A stretch of 63,772 bases of DNA, filler included, from Platydemus manokwari (Eukaryota), in assembly GCA_037951405.1 (NCBI GenBank). It is 6 parts of 6 records of this genome, joined end to end, with 100 filler letters (N's around TTAATTAATTAA, not from the genome) between each part and the next. Parts side by side here need not be neighbours in the genome. Positions count along the whole stretch, not along the records: positions 23,745 to 32,583 come from JBBMOY011341427.1; positions 32,684 to 42,100 come from JBBMOY011252429.1; positions 42,201 to 53,346 come from JBBMOY010796647.1; 3 more parts are not named here. The stretch is one strand, 5' to 3'. The notes beneath the pieces are model-generated. The model had not been told where the DNA came from. It made no database searches and saw only the letters and a list, made by a program, of their open reading frames with translations. Position numbers and translations under genes: made by a program. This document shows, one piece after another, positions 27,521 to 42,276 of the stretch (position 1 is the stretch's first letter; the number at the start of each line of letters is the position of its first letter).

Positions 27521-28377
27521 TTGATAAACACAGAAAATCAATAAAAATCACTGAAAAGTCCTAATATTTGTTGCGGCCGTTTATAATGGAATGTACACAG
27601 ATTTATAGGCCAGTCAAGCGATAAATTTTTATAAATTCGAAGTGAGGGATTTTTCCTACGCGTCATGAAGACCTTGACATACCAAAAATATTGATTTTTT
27701 AGACTGTCGAACTTTGTCCGAATATAGGATTAATAATATAAATAAATAAATAAAATTTAAATTAATATTGTTGCGATTTAGAAATGATGATTTTGCTACA
27801 AATGGTATTCAACTGGTATTATCTTGTCAAATTCTGTCACCAAATACGATTATACGTCATCTTACAGAAGTTCGTGAATTGTAAAAATATATAGCAAAAT
27901 CAATAACAGCAAAAATCGTTTAGACATCACGATCGGTTTTGATAATGCCATATGTGATATTGAATAAATCAATATTTATATATTAACAGTAATTAAAACA
28001 AATTAATATTATTTATAGAAAAATATTTTGTCACAAAATATTAATTTGTCGTATACATTTTAAATTTTGACTAAAAATAAGGAATCAAGTTTTCACTGGA
28101 TGCCATTTGAAATCGATTTGTGTGCTTTATCAATAATTTTTAAAATAATAAAATATAATAATATAAATATTCTGTATAAAATATATTTATAATAATTCAT
28201 TGATATCAATGATTTATTTATTTATTGATTAGTGAATAAATTAATAATAAATAAATGAATAAATAAATAATATTAAAATCAATTTATTAATTTATTAATA
28301 CAAAAAACAACTGCTCACTTCGATCAATACAGATTTCATTTCATCTTTATAAATCCTTCACTTCATTCAAACAAATT

Positions 28378-28974
28378 TTAATTGTCGGATTGAAGAAGAT
28401 TTATTAGATTCTTCAAATGATCTTCTACCAATGCTACATTTTCCAACAGTGGATCATAATCAATAATTATCAATTCAGGTTCCTCATTAATTATAACATT
28501 GTCATTGAGAAAATTTATGTTGATATTCTCATCAGTAATATCATTTGCTGATGACTCTATTCTGTCATGTTCCATTTGACAATAATATCTCATTTCTTCT
28601 GTGCAATCAGATGTTTTATTTGATGAAGAAATATTTCTCACTTTCCTGTTCTTTTTTAGTAATTTCTTTCCTTTTTTAATCCAAAATTTGATTGTCTCTC
28701 TGTGTACATTGTATCGACGTTCAAGATCATAGATGTTTGAACCTTTTCGTATCAGTTGAACAATCTCAAGTTTTTTAGAAATTGATAATTTTTTGTATTT
28801 CTTCACACCTAGAGGTGTTGTTAAATGTTTCGCACCTCGACGAATCCAATATCGTATTGTATTGGGTCCATAACCGATTTGTTTACTGATTTCATCTAAA
28901 TCGATTCCATCATTGAACATTTGAATGGCTTTTAATTTGATATCGATATCGATTTTAGTTTTTCTAATCACCAT
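28378..28974 (-). CDS. Intronless 198-aa protein with two tandem helix-turn-helix units (psq/CENP-B-N/transposase-like) and an acidic tail
   Basis: Repeats KLKAIQMF..G....EIS..IG....TIRYWIR and KKLEIVQL..G.....L...YNV...TIKFWIK; CCAAT box about 80 bp upstream. Confidence 0.75.
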   Translation of the reverse strand: MVIRKTKIDIDIKLKAIQMFNDGIDLDEISKQIGYGPNTIRYWIRRGAKHLTTPLGVKKYKKLSISKKLEIVQLIRKGSNIYDLERRYNVHRETIKFWIKKGKKLLKKNRKVRNISSSNKTSDCTEEMRYYCQMEHDRIESSANDITDENININFLNDNVIINEEPELIIIDYDPLLENVALVEDHLKNLINLLQSDN

Positions 28975-31454
28975 ATTGATTTATTTAATAATTGTATTAA
29001 AATGAATTAAGTCAAATAAAATTTGTAATTAAAAATATTTATCTGTAATCTGATTGGTCAAAAATAACTTTAATTTAAAATATTAAAAATTCATAGATTT
29101 TACTTTTATAAGAAACTAAATGATTATTTTTCAATGTAAATAATAATATCTCAGTTTCGAGTAATAATAATTACACACGATTACTAAAAATAATATAAAT
29201 AAATATCTGTGAATTTTTATATTTTTTGACCTTAAGAGGTGAACATTTGATACGCATTGAATAATGATAAATCTGTACAGCTTGGAAACCAAAATAATTA
29301 TAATAATATTGTTGGACTGCTGAGTATGAAATAACAAATCACCTTTATAAATAAATATCCAGGTCGGGAATATCACTTGATATATCTTGTCATGATCTAA
29401 GAATTGATGCTAATATCAACATTTATTTCATAATTTCATGTAAAGTGACATAAAATTATAATCTGCTCACTGTTAGGGATTTTTAAAAAATTTAAAAATC
29501 AATTTTTGAAGCTGCTACTGAAATATCTTTTGAATGGCATGCAGTTAAAAAAAAGCATTTGAAATAATATATTGAATTGATGCATTTAAACAAAGAATAA
29601 TGTCAGATGTCAAATACAATTTTCTAATCGAAAAAAATGTTCATTTCATTCATCTTTTAAAGATTTAAAATTGATTTAAATAAAAACTAATCAATATTTA
29701 CAAAAAAATTAAATTATTAATGTAAAATACAAAAATAAAGAGATTGGCTTTCATATTTCTTGTGGCAAAATCTAAATTCAAACATCTTGAAAAGTTGTGC
29801 ACAATTCTCGTGGAAATATTCCTGATAAAATATAATTTTCAATTTCAAATTGATCTTATTTTCTCCGAATTTTCTTTTTACTTTTTAAAATCTCTGAAAG
29901 CATAAATGTTGAATAAGAAAATAAACGCCTTCAAATGCCCCTGAAACAAATTTTGAATGCCTTCTGATAAATCAATTAATCCATCTGACGTGATCATCAA
30001 TTTTTCGTCTCAATTAGAGCTCTACATCGAATAATTGAAATGAAATAAACATTAAATATTCAAAATCAAACTCATTTTAAAACAATCTCAACAATTTATT
30101 AAATATAAAATAATATATAATTAAGTTTGAATAAACACTTTATAAAATTATTTTTAGACATCTTTAAAATGATTTTGTGCACTTATTTTATTTGATGTGC
30201 GAGATATTATGAGGTCCAGGAATTTAAAAATAAACAATTAATAAATATATTCATGTTAATGTTTTGTCAAAAAATATTTTTAATTATAATTTGATAATAA
30301 TATTGTCGCATTACTCTATTAATATAATCTCAATAATAATAATTAGAATAATAATATTGTCGCATTCTTCATATTAATAATAAAATTATTAATAATAATA
30401 ATTAGTGTGGAAGTATTATTGATAATATAATATTATAAAATATAATTATTATGTTTTACTTAATTCATAATATTTGTAAGGGAGTCTCGTAAATGAAAAT
30501 GTGAATTTGGTATGCTGATGTGTATGTTTATTTGTTTTATTACATATTGATTAGTGATTCTGTAATTGCCAGTGGTTACTAATCAACTAACCTCCCGTTA
30601 TGTATTAACATCATCACAAATACAACGATATATAACATTGAAGAACGCACCAAATAATCATAGTTAATAAAAAGAAATAACGAAATTAATTGATTAAAAA
30701 AAAGTTGAAAATTGGGATTAAAATGATCTAAATGTGAGAATATATAAATAAAACTAAAATATAATAATAGTTGTTAAAATAAATTTTTTTTTAAATATAA
30801 ATATTTATGTAAAATAATATTAAAAATAAATAATAAATTAATTATTAAATAATTCTGTTTGTTTAACTGAATCATTTAATTATACCATTTAATAAATAGA
30901 AACCAATTTGCCAGGTTGGAAATTGTCATGAATTTAGTATATTCTCAAGACCAAAGTACCAACCAGTAAAGTTGATGAGAAAGCGAACTTTAGCCTGATT
31001 TGATGATAGTCAATCGGCAAAATGGTTTTGACCGATTTTAGGACAGGACAACACCAATTCATGGAATTGTTGGTTTACTAGTTAATTACATCACTGGACA
31101 GTGCTGCAGTATGAAGGCACTCATTTGATGACTGCAATAATTTTCGTCACAAGTTTGAGCTAACAGGAGAAACAGAAAACCAGTCAGAAGAGGAATATTA
31201 CCAATTGCCAGAGAATAATTAGCAGAATTTCTAGGCAGGACTTAAATTGAACAAAGTGCAGAATTCAGGAACCGTTGATATTCAAGGATTTCCTGACTAG
31301 AACCGGATTAACCAGAATTAGAAAATTAGAAGAAGATTAACCAAGCAGATTAGATTAATTGAAGAAGAAAACATCAATTCAAGAAGTGATCAGGTTATTA
31401 GTTTTATTATCGATAATCTACTTACCGAATGATGGTAATACAGTAATCTTAATT

Positions 31455-31693
31455 TGTGTGATATTCATGGGAAGGGTTTCCCGAATATAGGTAAAGCCAG
31501 TATTCCGGATTGGTGAACGAACTCGATTCGTGTTTTGTGACGAAACTTTAATAGGGGCTTGGCCCTTGGTTGTGTTAACGGGACTGTTGTACTTTGTTAT
31601 ATAAACATGAATAAGTGAGGAACCCTTGTTCTGTTTTGAAGTCTGAATGTTAGCGGGAATTGTGGTTTTCTACGTCAGGTAGACCCAACTACA
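31455..31693 (+). repeat. Dispersed repeat, LTR-like (family B)
   Basis: TGT...ACA ends. Shares GGGCTTGGCCCT, TTTGAAGTC, GTTAGCG and CA.GTA.AC.CAAC in order with 33720-33932. Confidence 0.5.
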
Positions 31694-32301
31694 TCGTAAT
31701 TGTGGTAAATAAATACTTCCTTATTAAAAGTCTCATTAATAACTAAATCATTTCTCTAAATTTGGGGTTTAATTTTTGCCATATCTTTTTTTATCTTATT
31801 GATTCAAAACATCAGCAATGTTTTGTTTAATTCATATTTTCCAGCATCAAACTGTCTCTAAAATTATTTGCATGACTCGCGTAATTAAATAGCCACACAT
31901 TTTGTAGTTTTTTCAGATTGAGCTTTCCAATTCAAGTCGGTAAGCGAAAATGTTTTTTTTCGATTTTTTAATTTTATCAATATTTTAGGTAATTTTATTC
32001 GTATCGTTTATTTCAATTCCGTTACATAATTTTTATTGTTGTTATCATTATTATTCCTAATTGTATTTTATAGATATATTTTTTCAATATTACAACATTC
32101 AAAATGGAACAATTGAGTGATTATTGCTGTTAGTCATATCAGTTTAAAAATCAATAGGATTTCGTGTTATTTCAAATTGTCGGTTGATATGTTGTATTTA
32201 TATAATTGAGTGAGAGATATTTAGTCATTAGCTCTTACGCATTTTTAGAATGTCTATTTGCACCTGAAATCAGTCACAATTATTTGCGTTGCTTACTGAA
32301 A

Positions 32302-32583
32302 ATGAATAATAAAAACACGAACGAATTATTGGTCATTGGTGCTGGAAGTATGAGAACTGGAAATACGTCGCTTAAGCTTGCTCTGGAAAGATTATACGGC
32401 CAGAAGTGTTATAATATGTATGAAATTTTGGATCACCACACAGATCACTATCAAACATGGATTAACAATTTCAATCGTGGATTTATCGATAGAGAAACGT
32501 GTGATCGATTGTTTCAAGGATATTGCTCTGCAATAGGTGAGCCTTCAGTCTCATTTTACAAAGATCTCATGAACATTTATCCC
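32302..32583 (+). CDS. Sulfotransferase (Sulfotransfer_4 / schistosome SULT-like), 5' part truncated by the contig end
   Basis: LLVIGAGSMRTGNTSLKLALERLYGQKCYNM carries the PAPS-binding motif; it ends in FYKDLMNIYP. Confidence 0.9.
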
Positions 32584-32683
32584 NNNNNNNNNNNNNNNNN
32601 NNNNNNNNNNNNNNNNNNNNNNNNNNNTTAATTAATTAANNNNNNNNNNNNNNNNNNNNNNNNNNNNNNNNNNNNNNNNNNNN
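32584..32683. other. Artificial contig spacer
   Basis: N44-TTAATTAATTAA-N44. Confidence 0.99.
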
Positions 32684-33719
32684 TTAATTTTTATTAATTA
32701 AAATTAATTAAAATTAAAATAATTAATTAAAATTAATTATAATAATTAATTTTTATTAATTAAAATTAATTATCAACAAACAATTATCATATTAATTATT
32801 AAAAAAATATAAATAAAATAAAATGAATCACCTTATAATTTCTTATATATTCATATTAATTAATATAATTATTATTGATAATAATTTATGAAAATATTAA
32901 AAACATTCATAAAATTAATCTCGAATAAAAGAATGAATTAAATCTATAAAATAAATCAATTATAAAATCTGATGGCGCAGAGCAATATTTTCTTTAGCGA
33001 CACTCTTCTTGGCATGACCGATTTTTTGTTTTTAGAAATTATGATATATTGATTAAATTCTTTGTTTTAATATATTGCAAGTTAAAACAGAATTTTAAAA
33101 TTAATTTAATCATTGAAATGATTTATTTAATTGAATGAATGTAATAATTGTTTTTCAAGCGAATTGATTGGCTTATTTATGTCAATATTTAGGGTGGGTC
33201 ATTTTGCAGATCAAATACTCTCTTATAACCTACCATCTGCTATTTTATGTTTTTGTATTTTTATCAAATTAGATTTACACAAAACATTATAATATTTTTT
33301 CTTAAATAATGATAAAATGATCAACGAATTCATTTTTTTATTTGATAATTTTTCTCCCTCAATTTTTAACCGTGGTTACGGTGCTTAGAAACCGATGCAG
33401 TTTTCGAGAATTAAATTATCAATTTTCTTTTCTTCACCATTTCTCTAGACAAAAAAATTAGATTTGTTTATTGATTCGTGTGTTCTCATGTCCAAATGTT
33501 TCTAGGATTCTGTAGTTATTCTTCTATAAAGATATATGTCACATTTATTATGTCAGCGCTTATGCAGAAAAGGATTAAACAGATAAAAAAACCTCTTAGA
33601 TACCAATTAATCATATTAAGGTTTAGAACTTGATATCAGTTTATAATTACTCTCCACTTTCAGAAGTAGAAATGAGAAATATTTACTTTTTGAATTCATT
33701 TTTGGTTTGAACCTCATAA

Positions 33720-33932
33720 ACTTATAGGGTAATGATTTACCAATATCTGTGAGATTGTGAAGGGACTAGACCACTTTTCATTCAATTACTAGATCGTATT
33801 TAAGGGCTTGGCCCTCGTGAATAATTGGCACATTGCTATATTCAATACGATTTGGTCATCAACTTATTGTACTTTGAAGTCAGATTGAAGTTAGCGAGTA
33901 TTGCCGTGCTTTACACCAAGTAAACTCAACAA
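33720..33932 (+). repeat. Second copy of dispersed repeat family B
   Basis: Collinear blocks shared with 31455-31693. Confidence 0.5.
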
Positions 33933-34333
33933 ATGTTTTTATCTTATGTGTGCTAATCTGTATTACATATCTATTACAGATCAATATTTCAATCTAAAGA
34001 CACTATTGAGTTGATCATTAATAAACATAAAGTAGCCCCTAAAAACTTTTACACTCATCGATGTATTAAATTTTCATTTATCACTAAACTACAATAAATT
34101 TTGAAAAATATTTTAATATTCTGATGAAATCCTTTCTACTTTTGTGACTCTCCAGCCTTACCATTTTAAACCATATTTTCAATTTTTAACTCTCAAACGA
34201 ACTTTTTGTTTCCTCATGTATCCGTAAAATGTAAATATAATTTATATTAAGATTGACTTCTATATATTTCACTTTCATATTTGAATAATTATCATTTGTG
34301 CCATATATTCTAAATATTTATTTATCCGATTAG

Positions 34334-37300
34334 AACCTCATTCTGGATTCAAGATAGCTTTCAATATGTTTGATACTGATATGAATGAAGAGGTTGACAA
34401 AACCGAATTTCTTGTGGTATGTATTTGATATCATTGATAAAATCTAGCATGATAGATCGTCTATGAAAATAATTTCAATAGCTACAAACTTATAATCAAT
34501 CATCTTGATAGAATATAAAATCTATATATTTCATGGAACACATCAATTGCATGACAGCTTTGTACATGATATATCTATAACACATATATCATTATGGAAG
34601 GTCATTTGATCAAATATATACAGATATTTTATATATTATAGAACCCATCAATTATTATTGTCGAAACTATATATTTTATCCTCATTTCTCATTGGAATCA
34701 ATTCAATAAACTGAGACGTAATCATTAGATTTATCCATTATCACAATAATTTTATATTTATTGTAAATATTTATTAAGTTGGCGATATTCTGTAATATAT
34801 CCCACTGTTCTTATCTCATTTATTATGCTCTTGTTTTCCCCTTTATCATTGATTTAAGAAAAATAAAGAGTTATTGGGTCAGGATAAATTATATCGGATA
34901 TTAATATTAATATCTTTACCCGATTAAAATAGGCAGTGAAATTATTGAAACGTAACAATATATTAGATTAGAATTATCATTACTTGTTAAGATTTGTCCA
35001 TCATATTCAGGTGCGATTTTGTTTCGTTTGGTTTATTTATTATTATAGCTTTACAACAATCTTCAATTTTGCAAATATATGCTTTCTAATTCGTTGAAAT
35101 TAACACTTTGTTCAAAGGAATATTTTTGCTCTCAAAATTACTTCTATCACAACATTCACTAAGCTTGTCAATAGCGTCTTCATTTAAAATATAAGATTAC
35201 TTCATCTAGAACTTGATGGAAAGAAGTGTATCAAATTGAAGCACATCATCTCTGTATATAATCTCTCTTCAACATATTATCTCATTACCCTATAATTGAT
35301 AAAGTATGATTTATAATTTTCTCGAATTGGGATTTATTCAATATTATTATTAATGGTTTGCTTAATAATTATGAATTCGGATAGCTGTTCTTTTATACTT
35401 ATAAGAGGAGGTATTTTGATAATAAATTATTGTTGATCAGAAAATGATCTCAAAACTGTGAACACAATATTAATAAATAGTTCATTTCATTCTGAAAAGC
35501 TATCTAGCAGTCAGTCATACAAGAAATCCTTAAATAGATTGGAAATCTTTGTAATTCTCTAAAGTTTACTCGAAAACAAAATCTCAATCTTCAGTCTAAT
35601 TCAGTGATTCCCAAAGTAGGCGCTGCAAGGATCCAGAGGGTCGGTCGTGAATACAAGCTCATTTGAGGGCGATAATACTATAAGAATGTAAGAAAATGGT
35701 TATTAAAAATTTTGATGTATCTCGTTTGTTCAAAAAGCTTAATTTGTCTTTAAACAACGTACTGTACATTCTCACTAATTTTTATTGAAGTATGTGTAAT
35801 CGCGCACTCAATGCTACTGCTTGTGCGCTTTGTCGCTTGCTACGCCGAAGTCTAGTAGTAGAGCGGGATTCATGGGTAATGATTAACTGAAATAAAACTA
35901 AAAGAAAGGTTAGCTTGTTGTGATATTATGAGAAGTTAAAATTAAATAATAAAAGATAGTAGCATTAAGATTTTTTTATAAATTGCTAGTAAAATATAAA
36001 AAAATTGGTGTGGGTTAGTTTGGGAGCGCTACGTAACATTTATTCTGAAAAGGGGACGGTACGCCCGAAAAGTTTGGGAATCACTGGTCTAATTCAAACT
36101 CTGTTCTTGTAATGTGAAGGTAGGAGTGTAAATAATACATATATGTCGTGAATATGTCTTTCATAACATCAAAGATTTGTCGCAATATCAAAGATAATTA
36201 TCGGGATATTTATTTGTAGAAAACCAACTTTTATTTTGGAATTAAATGATTTGTAAAGCATGTATCGAAACTCTATCGTTTGGATTATTTGATTATCAAA
36301 ATGATCTTTTAGAAAATCTATGGGATATTTTTATAATATTTTCAATTATTTGATACCACGTTATGATAGAAATAAAAATAATTAAGAACATTTCAATGTT
36401 AGGATTTTAATATCACGTGATAGAACTTCAATAAAAGATCAAGATTCTGTTATTAAAATTACGATAGGGACTCCTAAATACCCACAATATTCAACTGTTA
36501 TCTGTAATTATCCTAATCATTTCATCACCGATTCTTTATCAATATTGCTCTAGTTGTGACTCTATTTTCATTCATCAATACAATTATTCACATAAAATCT
36601 GACATTGGATTTAGTTATCACTGGAAAATTATGAGATTAATTTATCTCTATTGCTATTAAACTGAACCAATTCGTTACATTATATTGATAGAACCCATTT
36701 ATTGAATCAAGAATTATAACGATTTCTATTATTTTGTCCTTTGTTTAGATATTATTATATTTGTTTTTTTATCCAAATATCAGTGGGAAGACATTTTTCT
36801 TATTCATTGAAACAATCAATAACTGCACCAACAACCAAAATCCCATCTTAATTCACATACCATTATCAATTATTTATTTTTCTTTATAATTCTTGTTTTA
36901 CTGTTCTTTGATTATTTAATGGAGATCAAAATCATTGAACTGATGTGCGTTTTATTGTTTATCAAGTGTATTGAAACAATCACTGAGTTAAACAAAACAA
37001 AAATTGCAAACCAATTGATGAACTTAAACGTCGAACTTATGGTTATAATTGGTCAATATATTAATTGTAATAGATGGAGCGAACAATGCGTCATATAAAT
37101 GCAGAAGTAACCGAGACCAACAACAATAATGAACGAAAAGACAACGAGAAATCTTGGTTTCTGTTTAAATTAGTGAGTTCACATGTAGTAGTAGATTTTG
37201 TCGCTATCATTTCAGCAAGTTATCGTTGCACGTAAATTTTCCTCTCGAAAAAAAAGCAATACCCAACAAATTCTAATGATTTTTTTTTAATAATTTTCTT

Positions 37301-38000
37301 ATATTTATTTGATGTTCTATTTGGATTATTTTATTCTAAACACATTTATGCTCGCTTGCTGCATTCAGTTCATTTTTTATCAACTATTACATTTACATAT
37401 CGATATATTTTTGTTGTATATTTATTTATTAGTTGTTTTCTACTACTACTTCTATTAGTTCGAAGGTGAGTGCAAATAATAATTTATTATATTGTTGTGA
37501 CTTAATTATATTTTATAATTTAAAAATAAAAATTCTATGGCATTGTTTTCAATGATATAATTAATGATATTTTTTTGCTTTACTTTTCGAATGATAAATC
37601 AGAACTCATCATACAATCATCGAATGTAAAAGGATGATTTTTCTAGGAATTTTTATTTATAAATAAGTTTCAGAAAAGAAATTAATTAGTAAATTATGTT
37701 ATCGATAATAATATTCTTGATATTATTAATATTAATTTTCTCGATATATATGATTTAAACAGGATTTTGTTGAATATGATTTGATCTATTCGACTTCTGT
37801 GTTCCAGCTGAATGTCATACAAAAATTTCTTGTGGAGTTGTCTAAAATGTCTGAGAAAAAAATTTATTGAATAATCTACAAATGGTGGAATTTTGATTAT
37901 TTTATAAGCATCAAACATGGTAAAATATATTGAAGATCTGTTCTCTTTTTAAAAGGTTTTTTCCATTGTGTAATTTTTTGAAGGATAAATAAATTAACTA

Positions 38001-38043
<43 letters not shown>

Positions 38044-41000
38044 AATTGATGTGTTTAGAATAAATGTATAAATACGTAGCAGCAAATGGGGAATTGGGTA
38101 ATTTATTAGATGGTGTAATGTGGCTGTTTTATCACGGATGTGTGTGTGTGTGTCTAGGTGCATGTTTGTTAGGATTTGTTATACTAACGTTTAGTCCTAA
38201 TGCCGTGAATTGCTAATATATTCCCTATCAATTAATTTGAAATAAAATAACTTATTAATTTTTGTTTAAATTAATGTCATTAGTTTAATCCAATTTTCTG
38301 TGATCAACATCTGATTTGAAATAAGGCTTTTTTAATTTTTAAAATATTAAGATTTTCAATCTCATTTTATAAATTATGAAATTTATTAATAATAATTTAC
38401 ATTTTTTGTTTTTTATTATTGATTTATTTTTTACTTTTAATATTTTTAACTAGTATGTATTTAATAATAACAAATATATATAATAAATATTTGTCATTTT
38501 TTGCTCAATATTCGGTTCAATGGAATAGATTTGCTAATGAATGAATAAAAAAAAATCTCTGGAGAATAATCTCATTATGTAAATAATAAAAATAAAAATG
38601 CACATATTATTGGGTTTAGAACCGTCATTCCTTCATTACAATTTTGCTATATTAAGATCTCATTCCTATTTTTAGATAAATAAAACTATTAATGCCTTCT
38701 CCAATAAATTCGAGATGGATAACAATAATAATAAAAATAATCTTTCGACGGAGATTGTTGAAAATGAAGAAGATGATATGTCGGCTTCCGAAAAGAAGGT
38801 ATGTTTTGGATTTTTACGACAACACTTTATTTATTGATAAGTTTATTTTAAAAAAAATTAAAACAATAACTTATTCTTGAAAAGTATTACTGGGTTCCCA
38901 TTTTTCTGGGATTTTGAAATATTGTGATTCTAAAAATGCTGTATTTTCTCTTTCGATGTGAAGTTTCTATATATAAATGCTCTTCTCAATTTAATTACTT
39001 TTTAAATATATTCTTAAATTCGAGTGCAAACTGTACCATATATTTACTATAAAATTTGTTTTATTGGTGATTTATTTATAATTTCATATTTGCTATTCTT
39101 TGCTATTCTCACCATATAATTCTCGCTTAAACCATGTCCTAGAAACAGATAATTCAATGCTATTTATGTACAAAATACTTTTCTAATAGGTATTGTTATT
39201 TAATGAACCATAAATTATTTAAGGTTGACATTGACAGGTATAACGAAACACAATTTTCAAGTCATAATTTTGTTAGAATTTTTCAGTCTATAGTTATTTT
39301 ATAAATGAAAAATATTTATAATATATTGTAGAATCACGAATATAAACTGCAGCATGGAGAGGGTATTTTTTTAAGGAATATATGGAACAATTTATATTTT
39401 TCTGTTAAAATCAAAAAACAATGTGTTTAAATTACAGCAATATAATTTTAATTTTTAAATCCGTATTAAAAATGGCTAACATTAGTGAACCACAACAGAA
39501 GAAACAGCGAAGAGAACATCAAACTTAAATCAATTCAACAAATAAGAAAACCGTGTACTGGGATAGTATTTTTAAATGAATGATATCCTACTGACAATAT
39601 GTTAATATTTCAACTATTTTCAATGGCATTTGTGTTTTTTGTAGTAAAGATCCTATGTTCTTTTTTTTGAAGATGAAAAGGGCATTAAAAGAATAAAGTC
39701 CAAACATTGCTGACGTTCCTGAAATTATAGATTACTGGCAAACTTAACCGGTACTGTTGATAAAATTGAGATAAATAAATCATCTTTAATTATTTGTTGT
39801 TTTACTTTAACATTTTGATGATTTTATACATGAAGTCGTACATGATACGCGTCATATTAGATGTAGCTTAAAAATAGCACACACATTCATATATATAATT
39901 GTTGTAAGGCCTTATTTACGATTGTATATCTTTACCTAATTATGAAATTCAATTGTAATGTTTTTTCTTCATTTTTATTTCCAATAACCACTTACCAGTC
40001 ATTGACGGTGAATTTTGCAGTATATCTTTATATTTAAATAAATATCTTTTAGGAATTTGTTCGTCATTTTTAAATATTTTTTCAGGCTAGTAATCGATTT
40101 GCTCCAATCCAAGAATTAGAATTCGATACAACTATGTTAATACATTTCTTTGGTAAATCAGGAAGGGATAAGTTACGGTTCAGTGATTTCTCTAGGTATT
40201 TTATATTTATTTTAAATTGCTTGCAAAAGATCCCTCTTAAATCGATAATGTTGATTTTTCAATTCATTTATTATCTCTTTGGATTTTGTGAGATTGTTTG
40301 TCTTTCCTCCTGTATTTATTGAAGCATAATAGATGTGATTGGTGGCCTTTATTGTTGGATATTTTTATAAATAAATGTGTTTTCCGATACTCTTAGAAAT
40401 TGAAAAATAATATTTTCTCGTTCATTTCTATCAAATTTGGTCATTAACGAAACTTTCTTACAGCTTAGATTAAACGTTTGTTTTTAAGCAGTTTTCCGTA
40501 TGCTCTCTCTACAACAAAAACATGTCTCTGATCTCAATAATTTGGGGTACAATTTTTCCTTGAACTATCATCGATATCTGTTGTTTTATGCCGAAACTTC
40601 TATTTCTTCTGTCATAACATTATAGTTTTTAATGAATTAGTAGCAAATATCTTTCTATTTTACTACTAATTGGTTTATAATTGACTCCTTCCATACTTTA
40701 TTCATATTATTTAATTTTATGCCTTTTGAAAACGTTTTATAAAAATAAAGAATTTTGTTTAAATTTAGTTAAATGATTTACTCTGTGCTTATTTTCATTT
40801 AATGTATTTTCCAACGATCACGTAATAATATCATAAAAGTTTTAGTTATTTTTACATTATTGGATTATTTTTTTATAAATCGATATTTTTCTAATCTACT
40901 CTTTGTTTCGAAATTTAGGAAATTGATTTAAGATTTTTAAAGGTTTCAAATGTCCATTGTACTAATAATAAGACTTATTAAGGGAACTACAATTAGAATG

Positions 41001-42073
41001 TTATATCATCTGATTTCTGATAATGTAATCACATCATGGGAGGTTTATCGGTTAGTAACAACTGATAACTGCGCAATCACTAATCACATAGGTCCTCAGT
41101 GTCATGAATAAATATATGATTGAACAACACCTGACAGAACTTTATTATATCTCTTTGAATTATCTTATTCAATGTGTTGAACAAGTTTATTTTAATCGGT
41201 ATCTTGAGACGATTATTCAAAACATGTCATGCACGAGTAATCTCCTGGGATTGTAGGTAATCATTAAGAAATATATCCTTTGATCTCCAGGTTTTGGGAA
41301 TTTGTTTTGATTTCGGGCCTCATTTAAAAGCCTATTTGTGATGCTAATGATTTATTCAATATTTATAGAATTATTTGGAAATGATTTGATAATGTTTATT
41401 CTCCATGAAAATGCCAATTCATAGAGATAATTCAGTACGTGTTATTGTTTTAGAAAGTCTAATATTTTTAAACCTGTCTATATCGATCTGAAATTGAATC
41501 CATTATAATAATTCCAGATTTATGGAAAATCTTCAGACTGAAGTTTTGGAAATTGAGTTCCTGGAATTTTCTAAAGGCTTGAAAACAATATCAGAAAGTG
41601 AGTTCGCAAAAATCCTTCTTCGTTATACAACGGTGGATGATAAACAGCATGATATTTATTGCAAAAGAGTTCTTCAAAAAATGACTATTGAAAAAGTTTG
41701 TTTCGTTGGCAATGAATATGGCTTTCTTTTTTATTTTCATATCTATTAGGGAATCACTTTCGATGATTTTAAGGCTTTTTTTCAATTTTTGAATAATCTC
41801 GAAGATTTTATTTTAGCAATGAAAATGTATACATTAGTTGATAGGCCAATAACTCAGCGTTAGATTGTTATTTTGTACACGGCATCTCTGTCATGTTCCT
41901 TTTTAATTGTAGAAGAATTCCATCAGGCAGTAAAAGCTTGCACACAGACTACTCTCAGTCCTCAGTTGGTACACACGATATTTTCCATGTTTGACGAAAA
42001 CAACGATGGCTTTTTAAGTTACAATGAGTTTATAAAGAGTATGAAAAATCGCTTGAGGAGAGGATTTAACATT
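34334..42073 (+). CDS. MICU3: Mitochondrial calcium uptake protein MICU3/MICU2-like (EF-hand), partial
   Basis: Exons 34334-34416 (PHSGFKIAFNMFDTD), 38676-38798, 40086-40195 (DTTMLIHFFG), 41518-41695 (FMENLQTEVLEIEF), 41750-41858 (FFQFLNNLEDF) and 41913-42073 (FDENNDGFLSYNEF..MKNRLRRGF); phases are consistent. Confidence 0.9.
35602..36086. mobile_element. hAT/Buster MITE, copy 1 (in a MICU intron)
   Basis: Perfect 14-bp TIR CAGTGATTCCCAAA and perfect TSD GTCTAATT. Confidence 0.95.
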
Positions 42074-42100
42074 GTAATAATTTTATTTTTTATTTTTTTA

Positions 42101-42200
42101 NNNNNNNNNNNNNNNNNNNNNNNNNNNNNNNNNNNNNNNNNNNNTTAATTAATTAANNNNNNNNNNNNNNNNNNNNNNNNNNNNNNNNNNNNNNNNNNNN
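42101..42200. other. Artificial contig spacer
   Basis: N44-TTAATTAATTAA-N44. Confidence 0.99.

Positions 42201-42275
<75 letters not shown>
42201..42275 (+). repeat. (GATA)n microsatellite
   Basis: Seen directly. Confidence 0.98.
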
Positions 42276-42276
<1 letters not shown>

